From positions 32,001 through 96,000 of IMG/VR virus record IMGVR_UViG_3300017731_002846: a stretch of DNA of 64,000 bases; one strand, written 5' to 3'. A model generated the notes under the pieces. The model searched no databases, was not told the origin of the DNA, and saw nothing but the letters and a program-made list of their open reading frames with translations. Below are positions 17,142 to 26,077 of this stretch, one piece after another (the first letter of the stretch is position 1; the number at the start of each line of letters is the position of its first letter). Both the position numbers and the translations under genes were made by a program. The DNA is from a virus.

Positions 17142-17949
17142 CGGTAACCTCCTCAGTTTCTGCCACAACATGTCCCCTTCGGCTTTCTGGGGGTAATTTA
17201 TTAAATAATTGAAGTAATTTTTGCTGGTGTGTGCTGACCGCAGCCTGTGATTCAGCAACTAAAGAATTTGCATCAACAATAGAAAATTTAACTTGATTTA
17301 TTTTATTATTCTGATTGTTTAATTTTTCAACGAATTGATCGGATTCTAACCTGGCATTTGCTGCCTCTGTTTTATTATTAAATAATTTATCTTGGGCTTT
17401 GAATGCATTTTTTGAGATCTTTCGAAGGTCAACGGCGGATTGTTTTTCCTCTTCGCTAGCTTCCTCTCCTTTATCTGCTACAATTTTCTCTGCATTTTCG
17501 GCGGCCAACTTTTTCTCTTTCCAATCAGACTTAGCAGCAAAAGCAGAATCCTTGGTGCCTGCCCATACTTTTTCTTTTTCGGTGGCTAAATTATTTAAGC
17601 TGGCATGTTCAGCAGAAAGCTCTTCTAGTTCTGTCTCTAAGGCTTTTAAATTATTTTCAAAAGATTCTAATTGTTCTTGGCGGCTAGATAAAAGTTGTTT
17701 ACTATTAGATAGTAATTGTTTTGCGTTCGTTTCTCCACCGATGCCGTCATTTAAGTCGGATTCTTCAATGTCCCAAGCCGCACGGAATACACGATCCTGC
17801 GGAAGCTCCTCGGTTGTACCGACCCTGTATAGCACACCAAATGGCAACATTTTTTGAGCTTGTTCATGCACCCCTTCAACATCCAAAGAATCAACAAAAT
17901 GAGTGATATGTAAATTGCCTTCTTGTTTATATATTAAAATGTTTTTCAT
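17128..17949 (-). CDS. Tail fibre assembly-like protein with long coiled-coil extension
   Basis: LPQDRVFRAAW motif followed by a heptad-rich region. Confidence 0.6.
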   Translation of the reverse strand: MKNILIYKQEGNLHITHFVDSLDVEGVHEQAQKMLPFGVLYRVGTTEELPQDRVFRAAWDIEESDLNDGIGGETNAKQLLSNSKQLLSSRQEQLESFENNLKALETELEELSAEHASLNNLATEKEKVWAGTKDSAFAAKSDWKEKKLAAENAEKIVADKGEEASEEEKQSAVDLRKISKNAFKAQDKLFNNKTEAANARLESDQFVEKLNNQNNKINQVKFSIVDANSLVAESQAAVSTHQQKLLQLFNKLPPESRRGHVVAETEEVTDDKN

Positions 17950-17961
17950 GACTCTTGAGCG

Positions 17962-20900
17962 TTAATGAATGACTACAGAAACTTTCTGATCAGCTGCTTG
18001 ATTCGGGAACGTTCCGGCATCTCTACCCACTAGTATATCAACCTTTGTGGATGTGGCATTTCTATAACATGGATCGAACGGGGCAGTGGCCAATTCAATA
18101 CCAATAGTTACCACAGGGTTTGGGGTTGAGTTCGTATAGTTGACAGTATAATCGCCTGTGCCATTATCCGTTATACTTGCTACATTATAACTATTTGTTA
18201 TGCTTGCAGTTAAATCTGCGCTGGCTCCATCAAATGCCACATAGGCACGTGGCCCGCCGCCAGTGCTATCGAAGTACCCATCTAGCCGGACCGCAGCCAC
18301 GTTATTAAAGCTCAAGTATATCCCTCTATCGCCAGCATTATTTGTAAATACCGGAGCAATTAATTGTTTAGAATTTGGATGACGAGGGCGGTTATATGTA
18401 GTTGAAGCTTGGTCCTCGACTAATTGAAGGGAGCCTAGATATGAACCGTCTAACTCTTGTTTTTGTGATGCATAAAGAGATGCAGTGGTCCAGGAATCGT
18501 TGGTTCTAGCCCAAAAGACCACCGACGATGCAGTGTCAGGTATACCCATGGCGGTCGTGGTGGTAAACCCGGAGCTAAGTGTTACCTGACTATCTAGGAA
18601 AATTGGCCCGCCGCCGGAACCTCCTCCGCCATTTGTTTGCACCCAACCAGTTCCATCTATATAAACATAAAGCTTGCCGACCGATTCATTGAACCACAAA
18701 TCTCCATCTGATGGGTTAGTTGGAGCCACCGTACCTGTTGAGACATTTGTGCCGCCGCTACCGCCGCTGACAGCTTTCATATGACCGATAATTCTTAACC
18801 AATTTTTATTGAGTGTTGAAATAAATATACCTCTCGTTCCAGCGCCTGTTTCTTGCACCGGAACCAGATATTCTGAAGTCTCATATACATTGCCACCCCC
18901 GTCGCCAGCACCTCTTCCAGAATAATGAACCAATTGATCAGTCCAACCAGTTGCCGTATCTGAACCTGTATGTGTTTTGTGTGTTTTAAAATGTGCATAT
19001 TCCTGCCAGCCCAAAGAAAGATGCTGAAAAGATATATGCAAATATTCAATGTCTGAATCCGTTACTTCGTAAAATCCATCTGCTAAATCTTCATGAGGCC
19101 AGACTTGCGTTAATTCAGTGCCGCCGCCAGTGCCGCCGCCAGTGCCGCCGCCATTGGTTTGAACCCATCCAGTGCCACTTATATAAACATAGAGCTCACC
19201 TGTTGTTTCATTGAACCATAAATCGCCCTCCGATGCCCCAGTTGGAGCAGGCTCTGTTGAGACTATTACACTTGAGCCGCCACCTGGAACAGGCGCCCAG
19301 TTTCCGTCGGCACGTAAATATTCGCCGCCAGAAACTTCAAGAGCAGTTGGGCCAGGAACCAATCCTTTTGTGTCTTGAGAAAAAACCTCAGTCTTTACTT
19401 TAATGGCCAGCTCATTAATTTTATTGCGAATATCCTCTAATGTGATTTCAAGACCCGGGCCTGGAATAGTACCAACTCCGCCAGGAGAAGCAGGAGAGCC
19501 ATCATCAACATCCTCGCCAAAAACAATTATAGAGCCAGTCATCGCATTTGGATGATTGTCGCATTGATATGTATAGTTGCCAGCACCAACACCAGCCAGT
19601 TTGATGATATGCCGACCCTCTCCTCGTCCGTGGTTTAGGTAATGGTCTGCTCCCCATACACCTTTTGTGTCGGTTCCTCCGCCGCTAAGATAAGCTGCAT
19701 AAGCAGCAGTTAAATCTGCATGATTATCGACATATGAATCATAATTATCCGAACGTAATACTGCAGTAAATAAATCGTTGTCATTATAAATATAAATCGG
19801 ATGATTAATGATCGAGTCCGTATGATTGATGTATTCTGCAGTGCCATCAACAAAATCAGCAACATCATTCATTGTAGGATATGTCCCTGGATCGTTTAAG
19901 AAAAAGTCTTCTTGGCCAGTAGTTGCGCCACGTAGAAGCAAAACTCCATAAAGTTCCTGAATTTTAGAAGCATCAGGAGTGGATGCTAAAAATGTACTAG
20001 TAAAAGCTGCCTTGCTTCGATAATCAGCTATATAAAAATCATCGCCTGTGCGAAGATAAAGAGTCGAGTCGCTTGCAGCTGAAGGGCTATCTACTTCAGT
20101 CAGCAACTTCGACCAATCGTTTGGATCAAGCGTCACATCTTTATACCATAAATAGGCACCAAAAGAAGGGTCGTTGGTAATCAAATAAGCACCTTCAGTA
20201 TCATGAGAAGAAATAGAAAGACCTTCATCCCTCCATGCAGGAGCCCCAGCACCATCAGTCTTCCATACCTTGTTAAGATTACCAGCACCAGCCGCTACCA
20301 CCCCATGTTTGTCGACTGAATTTGGAAAACTAGAGAGAGGGTAAAAATTGTTGTCGGCCGCTAACAGTTCAAGGTCGGTAATTTCTTGCGAATCAGGAGC
20401 ACGAACGAGGCCAGATACTCCTACTGAGAATAAATTAGCACCGCCGGGTAAAACTGCCCAGTTGCCGTCTGCAGCAAGATATCGATCATCCGCTGTGGTG
20501 GAGGCTGGTACAAGACCAGAAGCTGTAGTGCTAAATAGATCGTATGTCGCATTTTCATCATCTCTCCATGCAGGAGCCCCAGCACCATCAGTCTTCCATA
20601 CCTTGTTAAGATTACCAGCACCAGCCGCTACCACCCCATGTTTATCGACTGAATTTGGAAAACTGGAGAGAGGGTAAAAATTGTTGTCGGCCGCTAACAG
20701 TTCAAGGCCGGTACTTTCTTGCGAATCAGGAGCACGAACGAGGCCAGATACTCCTACTGAGAATAAATTATTTACTGTATCTTCATCTTCTCTCCAGCCG
20801 GGTACTCCAGCATTATCAGTCTTCCATACTTTATTAACTTGTCCAGCGCTAGAGGGTACAATGCCTGAGACAGTATCAGTGTTAACTGGCAATAAATCAA

Positions 20901-21027
20901 ACAAATTAGAAATACTAAACCTATATGTGTCCCCACCATCAAAATCGCAAACAGCTAACACATCGTTTGTTGTTATTGTGCTTATAGGATCTGGAAGATC
21001 TATCTCTCTAATTGTTTTAAATGACAT
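17962..21027 (-). CDS. Tail fibre / virion protein (1021 aa)
   Basis: GLVP...YL.ADG.W repeats; two GDLWFNE..G.LYVY...WV modules; C-terminal RAYVAFDG...SYNVASITDNGTGDYTVN domain. Confidence 0.85.
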   Translation of the reverse strand: MSFKTIREIDLPDPISTITTNDVLAVCDFDGGDTYRFSISNLFDLLPVNTDTVSGIVPSSAGQVNKVWKTDNAGVPGWREDEDTVNNLFSVGVSGLVRAPDSQESTGLELLAADNNFYPLSSFPNSVDKHGVVAAGAGNLNKVWKTDGAGAPAWRDDENATYDLFSTTASGLVPASTTADDRYLAADGNWAVLPGGANLFSVGVSGLVRAPDSQEITDLELLAADNNFYPLSSFPNSVDKHGVVAAGAGNLNKVWKTDGAGAPAWRDEGLSISSHDTEGAYLITNDPSFGAYLWYKDVTLDPNDWSKLLTEVDSPSAASDSTLYLRTGDDFYIADYRSKAAFTSTFLASTPDASKIQELYGVLLLRGATTGQEDFFLNDPGTYPTMNDVADFVDGTAEYINHTDSIINHPIYIYNDNDLFTAVLRSDNYDSYVDNHADLTAAYAAYLSGGGTDTKGVWGADHYLNHGRGEGRHIIKLAGVGAGNYTYQCDNHPNAMTGSIIVFGEDVDDGSPASPGGVGTIPGPGLEITLEDIRNKINELAIKVKTEVFSQDTKGLVPGPTALEVSGGEYLRADGNWAPVPGGGSSVIVSTEPAPTGASEGDLWFNETTGELYVYISGTGWVQTNGGGTGGGTGGGTELTQVWPHEDLADGFYEVTDSDIEYLHISFQHLSLGWQEYAHFKTHKTHTGSDTATGWTDQLVHYSGRGAGDGGGNVYETSEYLVPVQETGAGTRGIFISTLNKNWLRIIGHMKAVSGGSGGTNVSTGTVAPTNPSDGDLWFNESVGKLYVYIDGTGWVQTNGGGGSGGGPIFLDSQVTLSSGFTTTTAMGIPDTASSVVFWARTNDSWTTASLYASQKQELDGSYLGSLQLVEDQASTTYNRPRHPNSKQLIAPVFTNNAGDRGIYLSFNNVAAVRLDGYFDSTGGGPRAYVAFDGASADLTASITNSYNVASITDNGTGDYTVNYTNSTPNPVVTIGIELATAPFDPCYRNATSTKVDILVGRDAGTFPNQAADQKVSVVIH
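20231..20770. repeat. 207-bp near-identical direct repeat inside the tail fibre gene
   Basis: 20231-20437 versus 20564-20770; offset 333 nt, about 4 mismatches. Confidence 0.9.
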
Positions 21028-21069
21028 TATGTTTATTGTTCTTCGGTATATTTATATACACATGAATAG

Positions 21070-21846
21070 TTACAGTTCATAGATTAAAATAGTTACTATA
21101 CCTGTGTCGACATTGGTTCCATCTGTTAGTTTAATATTTAAGTCCAACTTATTGGCTGATTTTGTTATATGTAGATTTGCGAAATCACTAGTATTACAAA
21201 TAGATGCAATAACCTGATAGTCATTAATTGAAGCGAAAGCGCTGAAATTAAATCCTACTCTATAAAAACCGCTACTGATCTTATTTACAGCGAAACCCGA
21301 GCTACCCCTTACAGTAGGTGATGCAGATAAGGTAAAATCTATTCCATACTTTGGGGATAAAGAATTACTAATTTGTCCATCTATATTTACATCTCCATGG
21401 ATATCGACCACTCCGTTATCCATCTCAACAAAAGTGTCGTTTTGCAGTTCACCAACAATCAGTTCATCTGTTAAGTGGCCAGATATTCCATCAATATCTT
21501 GATAGTATCCACTAACACCGCTAACCAGTTGTTGATTATAATCATAAATAAAATTTTCAGAACCAACAAGAGATGAACCGCTGACGAACTGAATATATTG
21601 ATCCCCAACAAGATTAGATGCCGCCCCTCCACGAGGCTCACCAAGTTCAGCTATTTTAGACCAATCAGTGTTGTTATTCTCTCCGGTTTTTTCGTATAAA
21701 AAATTAGTAGAAAGATCTAAAAACTTAGAACCCCGCATGCCGGCCGCTTTTAAACTCTTACCTTGACCAGTAGGCGGAGCAAAGTCAGAAATAAAAGGTT
21801 GACGTATACCTAAATTTGAGTTTACAAAATCTTCAAAAGCTCCCAT
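21070..21846 (-). CDS. Virion/tail-associated protein
   Basis: Lies between fibre genes; GS..LD....LYEK...W motif; C-terminal G.Y.V.F beta domain. Confidence 0.6.
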   Translation of the reverse strand: MGAFEDFVNSNLGIRQPFISDFAPPTGQGKSLKAAGMRGSKFLDLSTNFLYEKTGENNNTDWSKIAELGEPRGGAASNLVGDQYIQFVSGSSLVGSENFIYDYNQQLVSGVSGYYQDIDGISGHLTDELIVGELQNDTFVEMDNGVVDIHGDVNIDGQISNSLSPKYGIDFTLSASPTVRGSSGFAVNKISSGFYRVGFNFSAFASINDYQVIASICNTSDFANLHITKSANKLDLNIKLTDGTNVDTGIVTILIYEL

Positions 21847-21848
21847 AA

Positions 21849-24545
21849 TTAATCCTCTTTTATGATATATTTAGCTGGATTGTTTACATCAGCATTGGCT
21901 GCTCTAGATAATGCATCTAAATTAAATACATGGTCTCCATCATTGTCAACTACTCCACTACTGTTACAAATACAAAATTTATTGTCATGGTTGAATGAAA
22001 AATCTAATTGAACCCCTTCCGACAACTGCAAGAAACTGTATATAGTACCGCCATTAGGACCAGAGCCGCCTTCACTGACGTTCTCAAAGAAAACATTACT
22101 AGGGTTTGTAACTGTCGTGCCGATAGATGCTAATCCAGCGGCGAGACTATTAGGTGAGGCCAGGATTTCTCTTTGATTAAACCCAGATATTAAATAATTG
22201 GGATTAGTGAAAACAGTATTTGTTTCAATATTCGCTAAATTAAATGCAGAAACTTCCCAAAGAAACTGTCCTTTTTGGTCAATATCTTTCACGGTAATTC
22301 TAAAAGAATTTGAGCTCAATCCAGTGCCGCTATTTGTTTGAACCAATTGAGAAGCTGGGTTTTGAGATGAGTCGGTAGACAGTAAAGGTAATGCATTATA
22401 CGATTGATCGCTCACTAAGTTGAACAAATCAGAAAGACCCGCACTTGAACTAGACAGGCTCGAGGCAAGGTTGGTTATCGACAATTTTAACGGCTCGTTC
22501 GCTATTTTAATAACCGTCGATGTGCTAACTTTTAATCCATTACTATCTTTTATAGCAACTATTTTAAAATTATCACTATTAATATTGTAAGTGCCACTAT
22601 TATAATTGCATGTTTTAACTGCTTCAAATGTTGATGGGCTATTAATAGAAATTTCTTTTGTGCCTAATGTCGGGTCGATGTACGAAATGGAATCGTAATT
22701 GGATGCGGTGTGATTAACTGTGGCAGATTCGTTAAGTTTAATAGCTTGCTGGCCGGACGGGTAAGACACTGAAGATATGTTAACTGACGGTCCGATGTTA
22801 TTATTTAAAACAGTGTTCGATAAAGCTTCGTTGCCATCAATAGAGTATTGATTTTGAGCCTGTAATTTTACAGAAAGATTACCGTTCCTTGAACTGGTGA
22901 CAACTACCGGTACAGTGTAGCTATAAATGTCCCCATTAACCAAAGTGGAGTTGTAGCTAGCAAAAGAGGTTTGGGAACCATCTGCGAGTCCCTCGTTAAA
23001 GACTTTGATTTTAATTGAATTGTTGGTTTCACCTTGGGTATCAATTAAAGCAGTAACATTAACGGTGTCACCTCCTTTTAATTCAGACAAACCAATGTTA
23101 TGCCCGGAAGCAGAAGAAATAGCAGGAGTTGCGACAGACACACTATTAATAATAGGGGCGTTGGCCACTTTAATTGTCAAATCTTTTGAATCTGTAGCTC
23201 CATTTGCGCCACGAACTACTTTTATGTTTAAATTATCTTGATCCGCATGCACCCCATTGACATAAGAAACAGTTTTAGAGCTTTCGAAAACAGAAGGCAA
23301 GTTGATAGATATAGTCGAATTATTAACTACAGAAGCGGTATAAGAAATAACGTCAATAGAGTCATCAAAATTAGATACAGTATTATTAAAATTGGTTGAC
23401 TCCGTTTCCCTCAAGCCATCAGTCCTGCCATTATAGGAAGACGGAGAAGATGCAGAGATAATGGGGTAATCTTGATCTAGTAACCTAGAGTCATTGCTTC
23501 CTGCGAAATCTATATCAGATGTTTGATATATCCCAGTAGAACCCATATTGTTTGTAGCCCTTAATTTTATTCCTTGTTCGCCAACTCTATCAGAAACTGT
23601 AATTGGGATAGTTGCTCTTTTAATGGAGCCTCCTACATCAATAAAACTATAACTTGAAAAGGGTATAGCATTTGAAATCCCATAATCATCAACTGCGATT
23701 TGACTAGGGCTAGTCAATTCAGTATCAAATAAACTAGAGTCATAATCAATAAAAATATTTATAGAATCCCCAGCTTTTAATGCTGAAGATCCTAATTCTT
23801 CACCGTTTTTTGGTGTTGCATTATTAATAGTATCTATAGATATATTAGAAGCTGATGGCCCTGAACCTATTGTGATTAAATCAACAAGCCCAGTAAAGCC
23901 ATTAACAACTCCAGTAAGTTGAGTTGAGTCCTGAGCATTAAAATTATCTATATAACCTTCGAACCTTCTTGTTCCGGGCCCTAATTCCTGTATATTTGAT
24001 TTAGGTATTTCAATATTGTTAATATATCCAGTACCCATATAATCGTTATTCGGGCCATCCCAGCGAAGAGAAACCCTTAAATTGCTTGAAGATTCAACGA
24101 AAGAACCAGAAAGATGAGTACTTGGGGTCGGGGTATCGTAATATGTGGATATTTCTGCCCCATTATTATTAATAATAGAATTAAAAAAAACAAAAGAGCT
24201 GTCCGTATTACCACCAATAATGTTGATATTATTTATACTTTGTTCGAAGTAACCGCTCACATCGTTTAATTGATCAGCGAGGTCTGCGCCATCAATGTCG
24301 TCGATTTCTCCTTGAAGGTGACCGCTGATATCATTTAATTGATCAGCGAGGCCTGCGCCATCAATGCCGTCAATTTGATCCTGGAAATAACCGCTGAAGC
24401 CATCAAGGTTAAGGTCAGCCGTAATGGCATTTGATAAATCAGGAAAAGTTACTCTATAATTCTCGTCTAATGTGGCTACTAAAAAATTGTACCCTTCTTT
24501 AGGGGAAACCTTTTCCAAGTCAGTAATTTTCTTGCTCTGGGCCAT
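21849..24545 (-). CDS. Large virion structural protein with Ig-like repeats (898 aa)
   Basis: N-terminal KKITDL, tandem GIDGA.LADQLND.SG repeat, S/T/N-rich beta modules. Confidence 0.7.
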   Translation of the reverse strand: MAQSKKITDLEKVSPKEGYNFLVATLDENYRVTFPDLSNAITADLNLDGFSGYFQDQIDGIDGAGLADQLNDISGHLQGEIDDIDGADLADQLNDVSGYFEQSINNINIIGGNTDSSFVFFNSIINNNGAEISTYYDTPTPSTHLSGSFVESSSNLRVSLRWDGPNNDYMGTGYINNIEIPKSNIQELGPGTRRFEGYIDNFNAQDSTQLTGVVNGFTGLVDLITIGSGPSASNISIDTINNATPKNGEELGSSALKAGDSINIFIDYDSSLFDTELTSPSQIAVDDYGISNAIPFSSYSFIDVGGSIKRATIPITVSDRVGEQGIKLRATNNMGSTGIYQTSDIDFAGSNDSRLLDQDYPIISASSPSSYNGRTDGLRETESTNFNNTVSNFDDSIDVISYTASVVNNSTISINLPSVFESSKTVSYVNGVHADQDNLNIKVVRGANGATDSKDLTIKVANAPIINSVSVATPAISSASGHNIGLSELKGGDTVNVTALIDTQGETNNSIKIKVFNEGLADGSQTSFASYNSTLVNGDIYSYTVPVVVTSSRNGNLSVKLQAQNQYSIDGNEALSNTVLNNNIGPSVNISSVSYPSGQQAIKLNESATVNHTASNYDSISYIDPTLGTKEISINSPSTFEAVKTCNYNSGTYNINSDNFKIVAIKDSNGLKVSTSTVIKIANEPLKLSITNLASSLSSSSAGLSDLFNLVSDQSYNALPLLSTDSSQNPASQLVQTNSGTGLSSNSFRITVKDIDQKGQFLWEVSAFNLANIETNTVFTNPNYLISGFNQREILASPNSLAAGLASIGTTVTNPSNVFFENVSEGGSGPNGGTIYSFLQLSEGVQLDFSFNHDNKFCICNSSGVVDNDGDHVFNLDALSRAANADVNNPAKYIIKED

Positions 24546-24554
24546 AAGGCGAAA

Positions 24555-26039
24555 TTACTGTTCAGACTCTAATCGGTCCATGCGAGATTTTAGCGACTTG
24601 TTTTCTTGAGATAATTCTTTTATCGATTCAATCAATACGGGTATCATTTTATGGTAATAAACCGCAAGGTTTCCGGCCGCATTTTCTGCAACTATTTCAG
24701 GCAAGACAGCTTGAACTTCTTGGGCTATAACACCAACATCTTTTTTGCCAACAAGAGAAGCATGTGCGGACTTATTCCAGGTAAAATAAATACCATTAAT
24801 TTGATTTAATTTTTCAGTGGCAGAATCAATTTTTATTTTGTCATCTTTTAAATTAATATCAGAGACCCAGAGAGCCGCCTCCGTAGCGGAAGACCAATCT
24901 GCTATTTTTAAATAGCCATTATCCATAATTAGGCCGCCATAGTTTGTCGTATCGATATCTAGAGCTATCTTAACTCCGCCAGATACAACGTCACTGGCAG
25001 CATTTATACCTTCAAGGAAAAAACCTTCACCGTAAACATGAAAATTTGTATTAATTGTCCATGCATCACAAGGTTTTAGCCATGAAATATTTTTGTTGAA
25101 ACCATCTTGGCCTTGGCCGTTTTCCAAAAACTTTCTGTAACAAGTATCAGCCAAGGGAGTATTGCGATCAGAGGCAACCGCGCTCACCAAGTGTCCGGCA
25201 TGGCAATTCAATAAGTCTGCAAAATCCCCTTGAGTTTTTTCTGATATTTCAGAATCGACTCCAAACATAATTGATATGTCTGTACGCTCCCACTTAGAAT
25301 CTCCATGTAAATTATTGGGGTCGGTAAGTATTACACCGTCTTCCAGAGAAAGCCCTGGCAAGGTAAGCATTGTTATCGATATATTATTGCCAAATGTACC
25401 GGCAACTTGAGAAGTGATAGTTACCCCCTCAATGACAACCGATGCAAAAGAATCATTATCATGAGTTTTTAAAGTAATACCGCCAAAGTTTGCTGTATCT
25501 TCTGTGGTTAATTCTTTATGGTCACCTATTTCAATATTGCTATCTTCAACAACCAGCCTCTCGGTGTCTACGGTTGTGGTATTGCCAAGAACAGTAAGGT
25601 CTCCGCTGATAGTCGTATCATGTTTAACAAAAGCATTTCCATGAACATAAAGATCAATGAAATCAGCATTTCCAGATGCACTAACGTCTCCAGTGATTGA
25701 CACATTTTGATCAAAAAAAGCATTACCGTTAACGTGCAAGTCGCTTTCAGTATATAAATCACCAAGAACATATACATCGTCTTGAAGCTCAACAGGTCGA
25801 TCATCTCCGGGCTCAATGGATCCGATTCTTATTTTTAACCCATTTGCATCTATAACACTAGCACCCCCTCCAAAATCCTTAAGAATATCAGAAGATAGAC
25901 CTGTAAAAGGAACTCTATAATTTGCAGCGTCTCTTGTTTCTGATGCTAGGCCACTAGCTACAACATAATAAACATCTGAATTTTGAGAAACTTCATGGTG
26001 CGGAAAGATTGGGAGTTCCGATATTTTACGATCTGCCAT
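24555..26039 (-). CDS. Tail fibre/spike with C-terminal peptidase S74 intramolecular chaperone
   Basis: MADRKISELP; G.L.V.G repeats; SDINLKDD...GVIAQEVQAVLPE...L.ESIKEL coiled coil. Likely start ATG 26039. Confidence 0.88.
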   Translation of the reverse strand: MADRKISELPIFPHHEVSQNSDVYYVVASGLASETRDAANYRVPFTGLSSDILKDFGGGASVIDANGLKIRIGSIEPGDDRPVELQDDVYVLGDLYTESDLHVNGNAFFDQNVSITGDVSASGNADFIDLYVHGNAFVKHDTTISGDLTVLGNTTTVDTERLVVEDSNIEIGDHKELTTEDTANFGGITLKTHDNDSFASVVIEGVTITSQVAGTFGNNISITMLTLPGLSLEDGVILTDPNNLHGDSKWERTDISIMFGVDSEISEKTQGDFADLLNCHAGHLVSAVASDRNTPLADTCYRKFLENGQGQDGFNKNISWLKPCDAWTINTNFHVYGEGFFLEGINAASDVVSGGVKIALDIDTTNYGGLIMDNGYLKIADWSSATEAALWVSDINLKDDKIKIDSATEKLNQINGIYFTWNKSAHASLVGKKDVGVIAQEVQAVLPEIVAENAAGNLAVYYHKMIPVLIESIKELSQENKSLKSRMDRLESEQ

Positions 26040-26077
26040 AATATGTTTATACACATATAACAGATGAAATAATTAAT

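Noticed and set aside
19117-24395. Short tandem repeats (ccgccagtg x3; roughly 63-bp unit near 24250-24395) as possible CRISPR or DGR elements
   Set aside because: They are in-frame protein repeats with no unique spacers, no cas or reverse transcriptase gene, and no adenine-specific variation.
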